From: Candidatus Dojkabacteria bacterium
GTDB lineage: Bacteria; Patescibacteriota; Dojkabacteria; SC72
Assembly (NCBI GenBank): GCA_035271645.1
Contig: DATERJ010000008.1
Location: 1,051 to 65,050, forward strand
Length of the DNA stretch: 64,000 nucleotides
Reading direction: 5' to 3'
Position 1 is the first letter of the stretch, and each line of letters begins with the position of its first letter. Under the pieces are notes generated by a model. It saw only the letters and a list, made by a program, of their open reading frames with translations, searched no databases and had not been told where the DNA came from. Both the position numbers and the translations under genes were made by a program. This document shows positions 6,988-17,763 of the stretch, in pieces.

Positions 6988-8640
6988 ATGTTTGGTTTTG
7001 GAGATGAGAAACAGACAGCAAGTAATGGTTTTAACGGTGTTTTGGATATTAGGAAGTTTGTAACTTTGATAATTCTTGATGGTTTCGGTGTATATCCTGA
7101 TGCAGAAGGGAATGCTGTTTGGGCTGCTAAGACACCTTTCTTGGATACAGTATGGACACAGGGGAGGTCAACTCTTGTGCATGCTGCAGGTACACATGTA
7201 GGTTTACCAGGTGAAGAACCGGGTAACTCAGAGGTTGGACATCTTAATCTTGGAGCTGGTCAGGTGGTCTATCAAACATTACCGAGGATAAATGATGCAA
7301 TTGCTTCTCATGAGCTAGATAACAGTCCCGTTATCAAAGAGATGTTTGCTTTCATTAGGAAGAATAACAGTAAGTTGCACTTAACTGGAGTGTTAAGTCC
7401 TGCTGGAGTTCATGGACATATTAAACATCTTTTTTCTTTTCTTGAACTTTGTGCTCAGAACAATATTGATCCATATATCCATGTAATGTTAGATGGAAGA
7501 GATACTCCTCCAAAGGATGGGCATATCTATGTTGAAAAATTGATGGCGAAGATAGATGAGTTGGGGGTAGGCAAAATTGCTTCTATCATGGGTAGATTCT
7601 ACGGAATGGATAGGGATAGTAGATGGGAGAGAACAAAATTGGCATATGATGCAATGGTAGGACTTTCTGAGGAAACATTTACAGACCCTATGGAAGTTGT
7701 ACAAAGAGGGTACAACAAGGGAGAAGATGACCAATTCTTTGTTCCAAGGGTATGTGTAGATGAAAATGGTGAACCTGTTGGTCCAGTTAGGACAGGTGAT
7801 GCAGTTCTCTTTTGGAACTTTAGGGAGGATAGGGCAAGGCAGTTGACAAAGGTTTTTGTTCTTAAGGATTTTCAAAGCTTTGTAAGAAGAAACTTCCCTG
7901 AACATATATATTTCGCTACTATGACAGGTTACGAAGAGAATCTTCCTGCAAATGTAGTCTTCCCACCTTTGAAGATTAAAAAGTCTCTCTCTGCAACTCT
8001 TGCAGAGGCAGGTAAAAAACAACTTCATGTTTCAGAAACAGAGAAATATATGCATGTGACATATTTCTTCAATGGTGGTATTGAAGAACCGCATGATGGA
8101 GAAATCTTTTTTAATGTTCCATCACCCAAGGTAGACAACTATGCAACTGTTCCAGAGATGAGTGCTTTAATTATTCGAGATGAAACAGTAAACAAGATTA
8201 GAAATATTGAAAAAAATCCCCTCGATTTTATCATCCTTAACTTTGCAAACCCAGATATGTTAGGACATACAGGGAACTTTAGGGCGACGATAAGGGGGAA
8301 TGAGATTGTGGACCAATGTTGTGCTGACATTACTAAAGCAACATTAGAGATGGGAGGCTCTGTTGTCATTACTGCAGACCATGGAAACTGTGAGACAATG
8401 ATAAACAGGGTGACTAAGGAGATAGATATTGCACATACAAATAATCCTGTACCACTGATATTGGTAAATGATATGAAGGAGATTATCCCCAAAGCAGGAA
8501 TACCAATGATTAAGGTGGGAACAGGTGATAATGCAAGGCCTACCGGTCTTCTTGCAGATATTGCACCAACAGTACTAGGTCTACTTGGTATGGAGATACC
8601 ATCAAATATGACAGGAGTAGATTTAAGGTCTGTTCTTTAG
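6988..8640 (+). CDS. gpmI: 2,3-bisphosphoglycerate-independent phosphoglycerate mutase
   Basis: LIILDGFG, GNSEVGH, DGRDTPP, GRFYGMDRD, NFREDRARQ, NPDMLGHTG, TADHGN. Confidence 0.97.
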   Translation: MFGFGDEKQTASNGFNGVLDIRKFVTLIILDGFGVYPDAEGNAVWAAKTPFLDTVWTQGRSTLVHAAGTHVGLPGEEPGNSEVGHLNLGAGQVVYQTLPRINDAIASHELDNSPVIKEMFAFIRKNNSKLHLTGVLSPAGVHGHIKHLFSFLELCAQNNIDPYIHVMLDGRDTPPKDGHIYVEKLMAKIDELGVGKIASIMGRFYGMDRDSRWERTKLAYDAMVGLSEETFTDPMEVVQRGYNKGEDDQFFVPRVCVDENGEPVGPVRTGDAVLFWNFREDRARQLTKVFVLKDFQSFVRRNFPEHIYFATMTGYEENLPANVVFPPLKIKKSLSATLAEAGKKQLHVSETEKYMHVTYFFNGGIEEPHDGEIFFNVPSPKVDNYATVPEMSALIIRDETVNKIRNIEKNPLDFIILNFANPDMLGHTGNFRATIRGNEIVDQCCADITKATLEMGGSVVITADHGNCETMINRVTKEIDIAHTNNPVPLILVNDMKEIIPKAGIPMIKVGTGDNARPTGLLADIAPTVLGLLGMEIPSNMTGVDLRSVL

Positions 8641-9443
8641 TAGAAGATAATCAACAACAAGATTCCTAAGATAATTCTGTAGATGCCAAATACTGTTAAC
8701 CAGTTTCTTTTCTTCACTTTCTTCAAGAGTAGTAGAGTTAGTAATCCAACGATTAAGGTAGAAAGAAATATGATTCCAAATCCTAAAAGAGGTGAAGAAA
8801 TACCAGTAGCTAAGATTGTTTCTTTGATAGGGTATTCTCTTAAGAGTAAAAGGAAAGCCCCTAACAGTACAGGAATACTTAAAACAAAAGAGAATTTTAA
8901 TGCAACATATTTTTCTAACCCACTTAATATTCCTGCAATCGTTGTAATACCAGATCTGGAAGTACCAGGGATAAGGGCAATGGCTTGAGAGAAACCAATG
9001 ATAACAGCTTGTTTCCATGTAATCTTCTCTATATCAGAAACCTCTTGCTTGTCACTCTTTTCTCCCTTCTTTCTATTTTCTAAAACAATCATTACAATCC
9101 CCCATACAATGAGTGAGAGTGCAATAATCCAGATACTTCTTAATTTCTCAGAGATGAAATCATCCAAAAAGAAACCTGTTAAAGCTGCAGGGATAGTGGC
9201 AACGAAAACTTTGAGATAGAAAGTCCATTTCTCTTTCTTGAGGAAGTTTTTAAATAGCTTTTTTCCATAGAACAGTAAAATTGCAACGGTAGTTCCAAGA
9301 TGAAAAAGAACAAGTAGAGATGATGAGATTGTCCCCATGTTTAAGACTTTACCTAACATCAAAATGTGACCGGTACTAGATATTGGTAGTAGTTCTGTAA
9401 TACCTTGAACTATTCCAATTATCAGCAATTTCAAACTCTCCAT
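8637..9443 (-). CDS. uppP: Undecaprenyl-diphosphate phosphatase
   Basis: GIVQGITELLPISSTGH and PGTSRSGIT motifs. Confidence 0.96.
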   Translation of the reverse strand: MESLKLLIIGIVQGITELLPISSTGHILMLGKVLNMGTISSSLLVLFHLGTTVAILLFYGKKLFKNFLKKEKWTFYLKVFVATIPAALTGFFLDDFISEKLRSIWIIALSLIVWGIVMIVLENRKKGEKSDKQEVSDIEKITWKQAVIIGFSQAIALIPGTSRSGITTIAGILSGLEKYVALKFSFVLSIPVLLGAFLLLLREYPIKETILATGISSPLLGFGIIFLSTLIVGLLTLLLLKKVKKRNWLTVFGIYRIILGILLLIIFY

Positions 9444-9491
9444 ATATTTGTACTATGATAAACTAACACATTATGATAATATTAGCATAGT

Positions 9492-10220
9492 ATGAAGGTA
9501 AAAAATATTCTAGTCATTTTTCTTCTTGCTTCCATAGCTTTTCTTTTTTCAGCAAGTAAACTATATGCTTCCAACCCTTCCTTCTCTCTCTATCCTGCAA
9601 GTGGAATGGTGGTAGATGCAAGCAAAGGGTTCTCTGTGGATATTAGGATAGATACAGATGGAGAAAAGTCTAACTCAGCAAGATTTACTCTTCTTTTTGA
9701 TCCTGAATATCTTCAATTAACAAAAGCAGAGAGGAATAGTAAGTTGTATGATAAGTGGCCGGAAGATGAAACATCGATAGATAACGATAATGGTTTAGTT
9801 ATGCTTACAGGTTTTACACAGAGTGGAGAAGAAGGAAAAACATATATTACCAATGGAGAATATGATGTAATTGCCAGACTAACATTCAAAGTGAAAAAGG
9901 AGGGGACAACGACAATTGATTGGGAATATGATACTAACAATGGTGTCTTTGATACATATATCATGAGAGATGGTAGTCCCCCAACAAATATGTTAATGAG
10001 TAAGCCGAAAAGTGGGACATATCAGATAGGGAAGGGTGATGGGAAAACAGTTCTTGATCCATCTACCGTAAGAACTGCGGTTGAGTTTGACTGGAGGTAT
10101 GTTGTTGTAACAGGGATAGTTATGCTTCTCTTTGGTGCCTTTATGATTTTCACAAGACCAGAGGTATACAGGAGGAGAAAAGGAACAGTTATAGTAATTG
10201 GTGAAGATGAAAAGAAATAG
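9492..10220 (+). CDS. Cohesin-domain surface protein with signal peptide and C-terminal TM anchor
   Basis: Signal peptide, F.VDIRIDT....L.FDP..LQ...IARLTFKVKKEG cohesin-like beta pattern, C-terminal TM plus basic tail. Confidence 0.7.
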   Translation: MKVKNILVIFLLASIAFLFSASKLYASNPSFSLYPASGMVVDASKGFSVDIRIDTDGEKSNSARFTLLFDPEYLQLTKAERNSKLYDKWPEDETSIDNDNGLVMLTGFTQSGEEGKTYITNGEYDVIARLTFKVKKEGTTTIDWEYDTNNGVFDTYIMRDGSPPTNMLMSKPKSGTYQIGKGDGKTVLDPSTVRTAVEFDWRYVVVTGIVMLLFGAFMIFTRPEVYRRRKGTVIVIGEDEKK

Positions 10221-11337
10221 TCCTAAGGTTGCGATTGTAACAGATTCTCTTTTGAAGATGGCTGGGGGGAGTAGGGTGCTTGAGTGTTTTGCACAGATGT
10301 TTCCAGATGCAGATATATATACTCTTTTTGCCCCACCAATTAAGAAAAGGGAAAAACTACTCTCTAAGGATATTCTTTCTCACAGAATATATACCTCTAA
10401 ATTAAACAAAATTCCTTTTGTTCATAAAGCAAATCTATATAGATACACTCTTCATAAATGGCCTACACATATAGAAAAGTTTGATTTCTCTGACTATGAT
10501 ATTGTAATTTCTTCTTCGTGGGCTGTATCACATGGGGTGATAACTCCACTTGGTACTAAACATATTGCATATATCCATACACCAATGAGATATATTTGGG
10601 ATATGTATAGTTTGTATTTTAAAGGGAAGTTTCCACAATTGGTATACAGAGTATGTACAAACTTTTTGAGAATATGGGATATATCTGCTAGTGTTAGGCC
10701 AGATATTCTCATCTCTAACTCAAACTTTGTATCACGAAGAATGGAGAAGTATTGGAAGAAGAAAGCAGAGTATGTAATATATCCTCCAGTAGAGAGGTAT
10801 GAGGGAGAGATTAAAAAGAAAAGAGAAGAATATTTTGTTTCTGGAGCACCTTTTGAACCAAACAAGGGTGGAGAATTTCTTTTAGAGTGTGCAAAGGAGA
10901 TAGGGTTTGAATTGAAGGTGATAGGTAGTGGTGGTAATGAGAAGAAGTTAAGAAGAAGGTATGGGAAATATCCTAATATACACTTTTTAGGTTGGGTGAG
11001 TGAAGAAGAGAAGTGGGATATCTTTTCTAAAGCAAATGGATATATTATGAGTGGTACAGAGGAATTTGGAATATTTCCAGTTGAAGCTATGAGTTGTGGT
11101 ACTCCAGTATTAGCACATGGTAGTGGTGGTGTATTAGAAACAGTAAAGGATGGAGTAAGTGGTATGTTTTTCAAAGGAGAGGATGTTGAGAGTTTTAGGA
11201 AGGTATTTAATGAGTTTAAGAAAAAGAAATGGAACTATACTAAAGTTAGAGATAGTATTAAGGATATTAATGATGTAGAAGGGTTTAAGAAACAGATAGA
11301 GGGAGTGTTTGTTGATAATGGTATTTTAATTAATTAA
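10207..11337 (+). CDS. Glycosyltransferase family 4
   Basis: KVAIV.D.L...GG.RVL, YIHTPMRYIWD, EEFGIFPVEAMSCGTPV. Confidence 0.92.
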   Translation: MKRNSPKVAIVTDSLLKMAGGSRVLECFAQMFPDADIYTLFAPPIKKREKLLSKDILSHRIYTSKLNKIPFVHKANLYRYTLHKWPTHIEKFDFSDYDIVISSSWAVSHGVITPLGTKHIAYIHTPMRYIWDMYSLYFKGKFPQLVYRVCTNFLRIWDISASVRPDILISNSNFVSRRMEKYWKKKAEYVIYPPVERYEGEIKKKREEYFVSGAPFEPNKGGEFLLECAKEIGFELKVIGSGGNEKKLRRRYGKYPNIHFLGWVSEEEKWDIFSKANGYIMSGTEEFGIFPVEAMSCGTPVLAHGSGGVLETVKDGVSGMFFKGEDVESFRKVFNEFKKKKWNYTKVRDSIKDINDVEGFKKQIEGVFVDNGILIN

Positions 11338-11355
11338 TTTTATCTTTAAACATCT

Positions 11356-11550
11356 ATGGGAGAAAAAGATCAAAAAAAGAAGAGTAAGAGACCAATATCA
11401 GCTACAATTAGTGTTTTTCTAATACTGGGTATTACATTTTCTTTACTATCCATATCTCCTCAAGGGAGAACATATTTACCAATAGGGTTGGCTTTTTTAG
11501 CGATTGGTATAGCAGATCTTTTTGATTTTAGGAGAAAGCAGAAAGAATAA
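11356..11550 (+). CDS. Small two-TM hypothetical membrane protein
   Basis: 64-aa ORF with two hydrophobic segments, codirectional with its neighbour. Confidence 0.6.
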   Translation: MGEKDQKKKSKRPISATISVFLILGITFSLLSISPQGRTYLPIGLAFLAIGIADLFDFRRKQKE

Positions 11551-11594
11551 TTATTGATAATAATATTGATATTTGATATTATTTTATACCATAT

Positions 11595-11670
11595 GCCGAG
11601 ATAGCTCAGTTGGTAGAGCACCTGTCTGAAGAACAGGGTGTCCCCAGTTCAAGTCTGGGTCTCGGCACCA
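11595..11670 (+). tRNA. tRNA-Phe(GAA)
   Basis: Cloverleaf; anticodon arm CCTGT-CTGAAGA-ACAGG, TTCAAGT T-loop, encoded CCA. Confidence 0.97.
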
Positions 11671-11671
11671 T

Positions 11672-11745
11672 GCGGGAGTAGTTCAGTTGGCTAGAACGAC
11701 ACATTGCCAATGTGTAGGTCGCGGGTTCGACCCCCGTCTCCCGCT
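11672..11745 (+). tRNA. tRNA-Gly(GCC)
   Basis: GCGGGAG/CTCCCGC acceptor stem, ACACA-TTGCCAA-TGTGT anticodon arm, GTTCGA; CCA not encoded. Confidence 0.96.
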
Positions 11746-11781
11746 TTGGTTTCATTTACGAAAGAGAACATATCCTTTTTC

Positions 11782-12426
11782 TTACTCCTTCTCCTTCCCT
11801 TTAATAATACCTACGATAAACTCTTTCACTTTCTTTCTGTTTAAGTAAATAATAATACCAACAACAAGTAGAGTTAATATTACCAACCAGTTATTTACTG
11901 TATTAATAGCATCAGTAATCTTTGCTAAATCAAATCCAATCTTTGATCCTAAATATGCAAAACCAAAAGCATAGACAAAGGTTCCGATAAATACGCCCAG
12001 TGATGCTAAAAAGAAGTTATACTCAAGATAACCAGCAACAAGTAGAACAACAATTCTTAACCAGGGGGTAAAACGTGTTAGTATGATATATAAAAAACCC
12101 TTAGCTTTAAATTTTTTATGCGTCTTCATAAAAGAATCTCCATCAACCTTCAACCACTTACCTTTGCCATTAAGATAGCCAATGATATCCTTGTTTCTAA
12201 AATAGTAACCAACTAGATATGTAAAAGCTGCACCTACTACTTCTCCTAATGCTCCTGCAACTCCAATCTTAACAAGTGAGATAAACTCTGGTCTAACAGC
12301 ACCTACGATGGTCATAACAATCTCTGCTGGAAATATACCAACAGCAGCAACAAAAACACCTAGGTAACCCCAAGTACTAAGCCAATCCGATATTGTACTA
12401 ACTAATTCTGCTATCACAGATAACAT
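11782..12426 (-). CDS. DedA family membrane protein
   Basis: GYLGVF, FPAEIV, G...GA..TY.VGY, RFTPWLR motifs. Confidence 0.88.
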   Translation of the reverse strand: MLSVIAELVSTISDWLSTWGYLGVFVAAVGIFPAEIVMTIVGAVRPEFISLVKIGVAGALGEVVGAAFTYLVGYYFRNKDIIGYLNGKGKWLKVDGDSFMKTHKKFKAKGFLYIILTRFTPWLRIVVLLVAGYLEYNFFLASLGVFIGTFVYAFGFAYLGSKIGFDLAKITDAINTVNNWLVILTLLVVGIIIYLNRKKVKEFIVGIIKGKEKE

Positions 12427-12495
12427 AATATCATTAAATAATAGTATTTCCTAATCTATTTCCATTTTCCTCTCTACAATGCTAATATCTACAAT

Positions 12496-13311
12496 ATGCC
12501 AGTAAAAATAAAAGACTCTAAAAGTTGGTTTAAGGAAAGGGTCTCTAGATTTAAACCGGTTATCTTTCTAAAAAAGAACCTTCCTTTTTTTATCTTCCTT
12601 TTCCTTTTTGCTCTCTCCCTGATACTGGGACTATGGAACATGAAGAGATACGAGGTCTTTGATATCAATGGTGATGAGGTAGAGGAGAAAATTGAGATTC
12701 TTGTTAATGAATATCTAAGTAAGAATGTTACAGGAAAAAACTTCTTCTCGATATATTCTAACAATGTAGAAGATGCTCTTGAGTCAAACATCTCGTATGT
12801 TAAATCTGCTAGAGTTTCAAAGATTGTACCAAACAAATTAGAGGTTTTCTTAGAAGTATATGAACCTAAATTAGTAGTTTTAGATGTGGGTAATCATTGT
12901 AAACTTCTCTCCGCAACTGGAATAGTACTTGATGAGCTATGCCAGGAAACAGAAGATGTTCCACTTTGTTGTGTTGGTCATACCTCTGATGGTAAATATT
13001 ACATTTTTAAATCAGATGAAGTAGAGATATCAAAGATAACTGGTGGTAAGGAACAATTACTTGTAATGAACAGTATTTCGGACATTGTAAAAGTTGTTGA
13101 GTCTTTTGGTTTTGAGGTAAAAGAGATTGTTCTTAAAGAAAAGGTCCTTCATATTAAGGATATGGATAAGAGGGTTCACATCTTTACACTTTCTGACAAT
13201 CTTGATGTCCAATTGGCCAGATATTTTCTAGTAATGGGAAAGGTAAAGGGCGATAGTATGCAGTTTAGTAGCATAGATGTAAGGTTTGAAAGACCTGTTG
13301 TAAAGGATTAG
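12496..13311 (+). CDS. ftsQ: Cell division protein FtsQ/DivIB-like
   Basis: Single TM, POTRA-like YVKSARVSKIVPNKLEV, C-terminal IDVRF; directly upstream of ftsA. Confidence 0.78.
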   Translation: MPVKIKDSKSWFKERVSRFKPVIFLKKNLPFFIFLFLFALSLILGLWNMKRYEVFDINGDEVEEKIEILVNEYLSKNVTGKNFFSIYSNNVEDALESNISYVKSARVSKIVPNKLEVFLEVYEPKLVVLDVGNHCKLLSATGIVLDELCQETEDVPLCCVGHTSDGKYYIFKSDEVEISKITGGKEQLLVMNSISDIVKVVESFGFEVKEIVLKEKVLHIKDMDKRVHIFTLSDNLDVQLARYFLVMGKVKGDSMQFSSIDVRFERPVVKD

Positions 13312-13433
13312 AATATATAATTTAAATATAGTACTTGCTAAACTATACAGATTTGATATATTTAATATACAGATGTTGTTTAATTGCATCTTTTGTATAA
13401 TAATTTATGTAAAATAACTGTCACTAACAATAT

Positions 13434-14729
13434 ATGGCACGAAAAATAATTACAGCAATAGATGTTGGGAGTTCTAAGATTACAACATTAATAACCTCTG
13501 TTGAGGATGGAAAAAGTCCCACAGTTATTGGTGTATGTGCTTACCCTAGTAAAGGTATTAAGAAGGGTGTGGTTGTTAATATCGATGATGCTACGGCTTC
13601 CATTTTGGAAAGTGTTACTGCAGCTGAGAGAATGGCAGGAGTTACTGTATCTGATGTGTATGTTTCAATAAATGGTGAACAGGTTACAAGCTTAAACAAC
13701 AAGGGTGTGGTAGCAGTTGCTGGAAGTGAGATTACGATTGATGATACATATAGAGCAATTGAAAATGCTAGGATTTTAACTCTTCCAGATAATCTCAATC
13801 CAATACACATTATCCCAAGAGAATTTGTAGTTGACAGTCAAGGTGGAATTAAATACCCAATAGGAATGAGTGGTGGGAAATTAGAAGTAGACACTCACAT
13901 TATTACAGCTCCCAATTCATATTGGCAGAATATTAAGAAATGTATAGAACAGGTAGGTGCAAATGTCTATGATGTTATCTTTACAGCATGGGCATCTTCA
14001 TTAGCTGTTTTGACTGACACGGAGAAGGAGTTGGGTGTAACAATGTTAGATATTGGTGCAGGTACAACAGGTATTACAATCTTCCAAGAGGGTTCAATAA
14101 TATACAGTAGCTGTGTGCCATTGGGAGGTAGTAGCATTACAAGCGATATTGCAATCGGACTTCAAGTATCTCTAGAGGAGGCAGAGAAGATTAAGGTTGA
14201 GATGGCAAAATTGTTTGATACAAAATATGAAGCAGCAAAGGCAAAAGATATTGACTCTATTCCTACATTACTGAGAAAGAAAGAACCAGAGAAGCCAAAG
14301 AAGAAGAAAGGGGAAGAGATAGATCTTAATGTGATAGGGATAGATAAGTTTGTATCAAAGGAATTGTTAGAAAAGATAGTAAGTGCAAGATGTGAAGAAA
14401 TTTTTGGAATGGTAAAGGAGAATATTTCTAAAGCAGGATATGAAATGGCTATGCCAGCAGGTATTGTTTTAACAGGAGGAAGTAGTCTTTTAAGAGATAT
14501 TACAAAATCGGTACAATCAACCTTAGGTGTTGCAGCTAGAGTAGGATATCCGTCAGGATTGAGTGGTATGACAGATGAAATATCAGATCCTTCATATGCA
14601 TGTGTACAAGGTCTTATCAAACATGCACTTGATGATGATGTAGAGGTTAGTGGAGGAGAAAAAGGTAAGGTTGATGTAAAAGGAGTTTTTGGTAAAATAG
14701 GTGATTGGTTTAAATCATTACTGCCATAA
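13434..14729 (+). CDS. ftsA: Cell division protein FtsA
   Basis: IDVGSSKI, GIKKGVVVNI, EKELGV..LDIGAGTT, GIVLTGG. Confidence 0.97.
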   Translation: MARKIITAIDVGSSKITTLITSVEDGKSPTVIGVCAYPSKGIKKGVVVNIDDATASILESVTAAERMAGVTVSDVYVSINGEQVTSLNNKGVVAVAGSEITIDDTYRAIENARILTLPDNLNPIHIIPREFVVDSQGGIKYPIGMSGGKLEVDTHIITAPNSYWQNIKKCIEQVGANVYDVIFTAWASSLAVLTDTEKELGVTMLDIGAGTTGITIFQEGSIIYSSCVPLGGSSITSDIAIGLQVSLEEAEKIKVEMAKLFDTKYEAAKAKDIDSIPTLLRKKEPEKPKKKKGEEIDLNVIGIDKFVSKELLEKIVSARCEEIFGMVKENISKAGYEMAMPAGIVLTGGSSLLRDITKSVQSTLGVAARVGYPSGLSGMTDEISDPSYACVQGLIKHALDDDVEVSGGEKGKVDVKGVFGKIGDWFKSLLP

Positions 14730-14754
14730 ATAATTTTAGTTTACTATATGGAAT

Positions 14755-15957
14755 ATGGGGTTAGTTACAACAAATGTAGATCCAGTTGCTAAAATAAAAG
14801 TAGTTGGAGTTGGTGGTGGTGGTTGCAATGCAGTCAACACAATGATTACAGATTATGATATTACAGGAGTTGATTTCATGGCCTTCAACACAGATGCACA
14901 GGCACTTAAGATGTCTCAGGCACCTACAACACTTCAACTTGGAGAGGAATTAACCAAAGGACTAGGTGTTGGTGGTAATGCGGAACTTGGTGCACAGGCT
15001 GCTGAAGAGAGTTTGGATCAAGTACAGGAACTTCTTGAAGGTGCAAATATGGTTTTCATTACAGCTGGAATGGGTGGAGGCACAGGCACAGGTGCTGCTC
15101 CAATTATTGCAGGTGTAGCAAGAAATATGGGTGCATTGACAGTAGCGGTTGTTACAAAGCCATTTGATTTTGAAGGTAACAAGAGAAGGGAGATTGCAGA
15201 GGAAGGGATTGCTAACTTGAGAGACAAGGTTGATACATTGATAGTTGTTCCAAACCAGAGACTACTTGAAGTTGTAAGTGATAGTGAGAATATCTCCTTT
15301 ATCGATGCTATGAAAAAGGTTGACTCTGTTTTAGCAGAAGGTGTTAATAGTATCTCTAATCTCATTAGTAAAACAGGATATATCAATGCAGACTTTAATG
15401 ATGCAAAGTCAGTCATGCAAAATGCAGGTACTGCACTTATGGGTATTGGTAGAGCAAGTGGTGAGAACAGAGCAGAGGAAGCAGCAAGAGCAGCTACAAC
15501 AAGCCCACTTTTAGATATGTCCATAGAAGGAGCAACAGGAGTTCTTTACAATGTTGTTGGTGCTAATCTTACATTGCAGGAAATTAGTAGAGTTTCAGAT
15601 CTAATTAAAGAAGCAGTAGACCCATCAGCTAATATCAAGTTCGCTGCACAGGTAGATCCAGAAGCGGGAGATGAATTGATAATTACAATTGTAGCAACAG
15701 GATTTGATGAGAACAAACAGATATATACTAGCAAAGCAAGAAATGAAGGAGATTTACCACCGATAAGGGATTTTGGTTTTACTACACAACCATCTACTCC
15801 GACTCCAACTGTGGAAGATACACTAGACTCATTTGATGACAAGAGTACAGAGGAAGCAGATGAAATTGTTGAAGATGATACCTTTGATGCAATTAAACCG
15901 GAAGATATAGATGCAGAAGACCCATTGGATGTCCCTGCTTTTATGAGAAAAAAGTAA
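14755..15957 (+). CDS. ftsZ: Cell division protein FtsZ
   Basis: IKVVGVGGGGCNAVN, GMGGGTGTG, C-terminal LDVPAFMR. Confidence 0.99.
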   Translation: MGLVTTNVDPVAKIKVVGVGGGGCNAVNTMITDYDITGVDFMAFNTDAQALKMSQAPTTLQLGEELTKGLGVGGNAELGAQAAEESLDQVQELLEGANMVFITAGMGGGTGTGAAPIIAGVARNMGALTVAVVTKPFDFEGNKRREIAEEGIANLRDKVDTLIVVPNQRLLEVVSDSENISFIDAMKKVDSVLAEGVNSISNLISKTGYINADFNDAKSVMQNAGTALMGIGRASGENRAEEAARAATTSPLLDMSIEGATGVLYNVVGANLTLQEISRVSDLIKEAVDPSANIKFAAQVDPEAGDELIITIVATGFDENKQIYTSKARNEGDLPPIRDFGFTTQPSTPTPTVEDTLDSFDDKSTEEADEIVEDDTFDAIKPEDIDAEDPLDVPAFMRKK

Positions 15958-15979
15958 TCTCTCTTGATATAATGGGAAT

Positions 15980-17299
15980 ATGAATATACTTTCACCTTCA
16001 AAGGGGAGGAAGTGGATTAACCTTCCTTTGATACTCCCTTTAGTTTTGATAATTGTAATAGGACTTGTTACTCTTTACTCAACTTTAATTCTTCCTACAG
16101 GGGGACTAGGTGATACTTCGATATTAGTAAAACAGATTCTTTTCTTAGTTATCGGCATAATCCTTTTTATTGCAATTAGCTATATTGACCTCTCTTACCT
16201 TAAATATTGGCAAGTACAGTTGATAATTTACTTAATAACCATAGCACTTTTAATTGTTGTCCTTCTCTTTGGTCCTGTAATTAAAGGTGTAAAAAGGTGG
16301 CTGGTTATAGGGGGTGTACAGATACAACCATCTGAGATTGCAAAACTTACAGTTATTATCCTAACAGCATTCATTTTTTCACTAAAAGATAAATACAACA
16401 AATGGACACTCTTTCTTCTATCTTTCTTCCTCATGCTTCCCATCTTCTTCCTAATCTACAAAGAACCCAGTGGTAGTATGGCATTCCTTACACTGGCAAT
16501 ATGGTTCATTGTTGCATTCTTAGGGCTTAACCATCCGTTAAGAAATACGGTTTTGTTATCAATAATTGGTTGTACCGTAGGAGCATTTCTCATCTCATCT
16601 GTTACAGGGAATAATCTTTGGTATCTTCTCCTTATCCCTGCAGCGATAATTGCAATTTTTGGCTTCTATACTAAAAACAATTGGAAAGTCTTTGTCATAA
16701 TTGCCTCTGTACTAGCCCTCTTTGTTGGGGCTCTAACAACAATTACTTGGCATAAAGTGTTAAAACCATATCAGAAAGATAGGATAGTAGCCTTCATAAA
16801 TCCAGAAGAAACAACTGGAGATATTGGATTTAATGTAAATCAGTCTAAAATAGCGATAGGTTCTGGAAGAATATTTGGAAAAGGTTTTGGTAATGGAACG
16901 CAGAGTAAGAGAAACTTCCTTCCAGAGTTTAGAACAGACTTCATCTTTGCATCCTTTGCTGAAGAGTTTGGTTTGATAGGGAGTGTTTTTCTCATCTCTC
17001 TTTATGCTGTAATCATTGTAATTTGTTTTTTGGCTGCGATAAATAGTAGTGGTGATGTATTACAATCTCTTCTTTGTGTGGGTATAGGGGTAAAGCTTCT
17101 TTTAGAGGTTTTCATTAACATTGGTACAAACACAGGAGGTATTCCAGCAACAGGTATTCCTCTTCCCCTTATGAGTGCAGGAGGAACTATTACCATCATG
17201 ACCTTAATACAATTGGGTATTGTTCATAATATAATTCTTAAGAATAGTCAGAAAATACAAGCTAAGAATGCTGATATTATTGATATTTACGAAGATTAA
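15980..17299 (+). CDS. rodA: SEDS protein RodA/FtsW
   Basis: RW......IQPSEIAK, QSKIAIGSG, LPE..TDFIF, TGIPLPLMSAGG. Confidence 0.9.
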   Translation: MNILSPSKGRKWINLPLILPLVLIIVIGLVTLYSTLILPTGGLGDTSILVKQILFLVIGIILFIAISYIDLSYLKYWQVQLIIYLITIALLIVVLLFGPVIKGVKRWLVIGGVQIQPSEIAKLTVIILTAFIFSLKDKYNKWTLFLLSFFLMLPIFFLIYKEPSGSMAFLTLAIWFIVAFLGLNHPLRNTVLLSIIGCTVGAFLISSVTGNNLWYLLLIPAAIIAIFGFYTKNNWKVFVIIASVLALFVGALTTITWHKVLKPYQKDRIVAFINPEETTGDIGFNVNQSKIAIGSGRIFGKGFGNGTQSKRNFLPEFRTDFIFASFAEEFGLIGSVFLISLYAVIIVICFLAAINSSGDVLQSLLCVGIGVKLLLEVFINIGTNTGGIPATGIPLPLMSAGGTITIMTLIQLGIVHNIILKNSQKIQAKNADIIDIYED

Positions 17300-17321
17300 A
17301 CAGAAAGATTAGGAGTTTTCA

Positions 17322-17350
17322 TTGACTTTTTCACATATTTAACATAGAAT
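17322..17350 (+). promoter_or_regulatory. Promoter of the rplU operon
   Basis: TTGACT-17-TAGAAT, 10 nt upstream of the rplU ATG. Confidence 0.65.
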
Positions 17351-17360
17351 TCAACTCGAT

Positions 17361-17759
17361 ATGGCAAATACAAAAGAAACAAAACCAAAAACAAAGACAG
17401 TAAAGAAGGAAGAAAAGCCTGTTGCTAAAGCAACACCTAAGAAAACCTCTGATGCTTTTGCAGTCATTGAAATTGCAGGAGTACAGCTTAAGGTCTACAA
17501 AGGTAAAGAATATGAAGTAAACAAATTAGAGGGTAAGAAAGGTGACAAGATTGAAGTTAAAGAAGTTCTCTTAGTTTCTGATGGTAAAGACACAAAGATT
17601 GGTAAACCATATGTAGATGGTGCAGTTGTTAAACTTGAAATTACATCTCAGAAAAAAGGTGAGAAGATTGAAGGTTTTAAGTATGCAGCTAAAGCAAGAC
17701 AGAGAACAAGGTATGGATACAGACCAAGTATTACTAAGGTAATAGTTAAGAGTATTTAA
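17361..17759 (+). CDS. rplU: 50S ribosomal protein L21 with Lys-rich N-extension
   Basis: FAVIEIAGVQLKV..G, IGKPYVDGAVV, FKY..K.R.R...GYR. Confidence 0.95.
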   Translation: MANTKETKPKTKTVKKEEKPVAKATPKKTSDAFAVIEIAGVQLKVYKGKEYEVNKLEGKKGDKIEVKEVLLVSDGKDTKIGKPYVDGAVVKLEITSQKKGEKIEGFKYAAKARQRTRYGYRPSITKVIVKSI

Positions 17760-17763
17760 TTAA

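Noticed and set aside
11551-11590. Repeated TTGATA units upstream of tRNA-Phe
   Set aside because: Low-complexity AT-rich promoter region; no distinct repeat family supportable.
11672-11745. tRNA-Gly and tRNA-Pro lacking encoded CCA
   Set aside because: Common in bacteria with a CCA-adding enzyme; the cloverleafs are intact.
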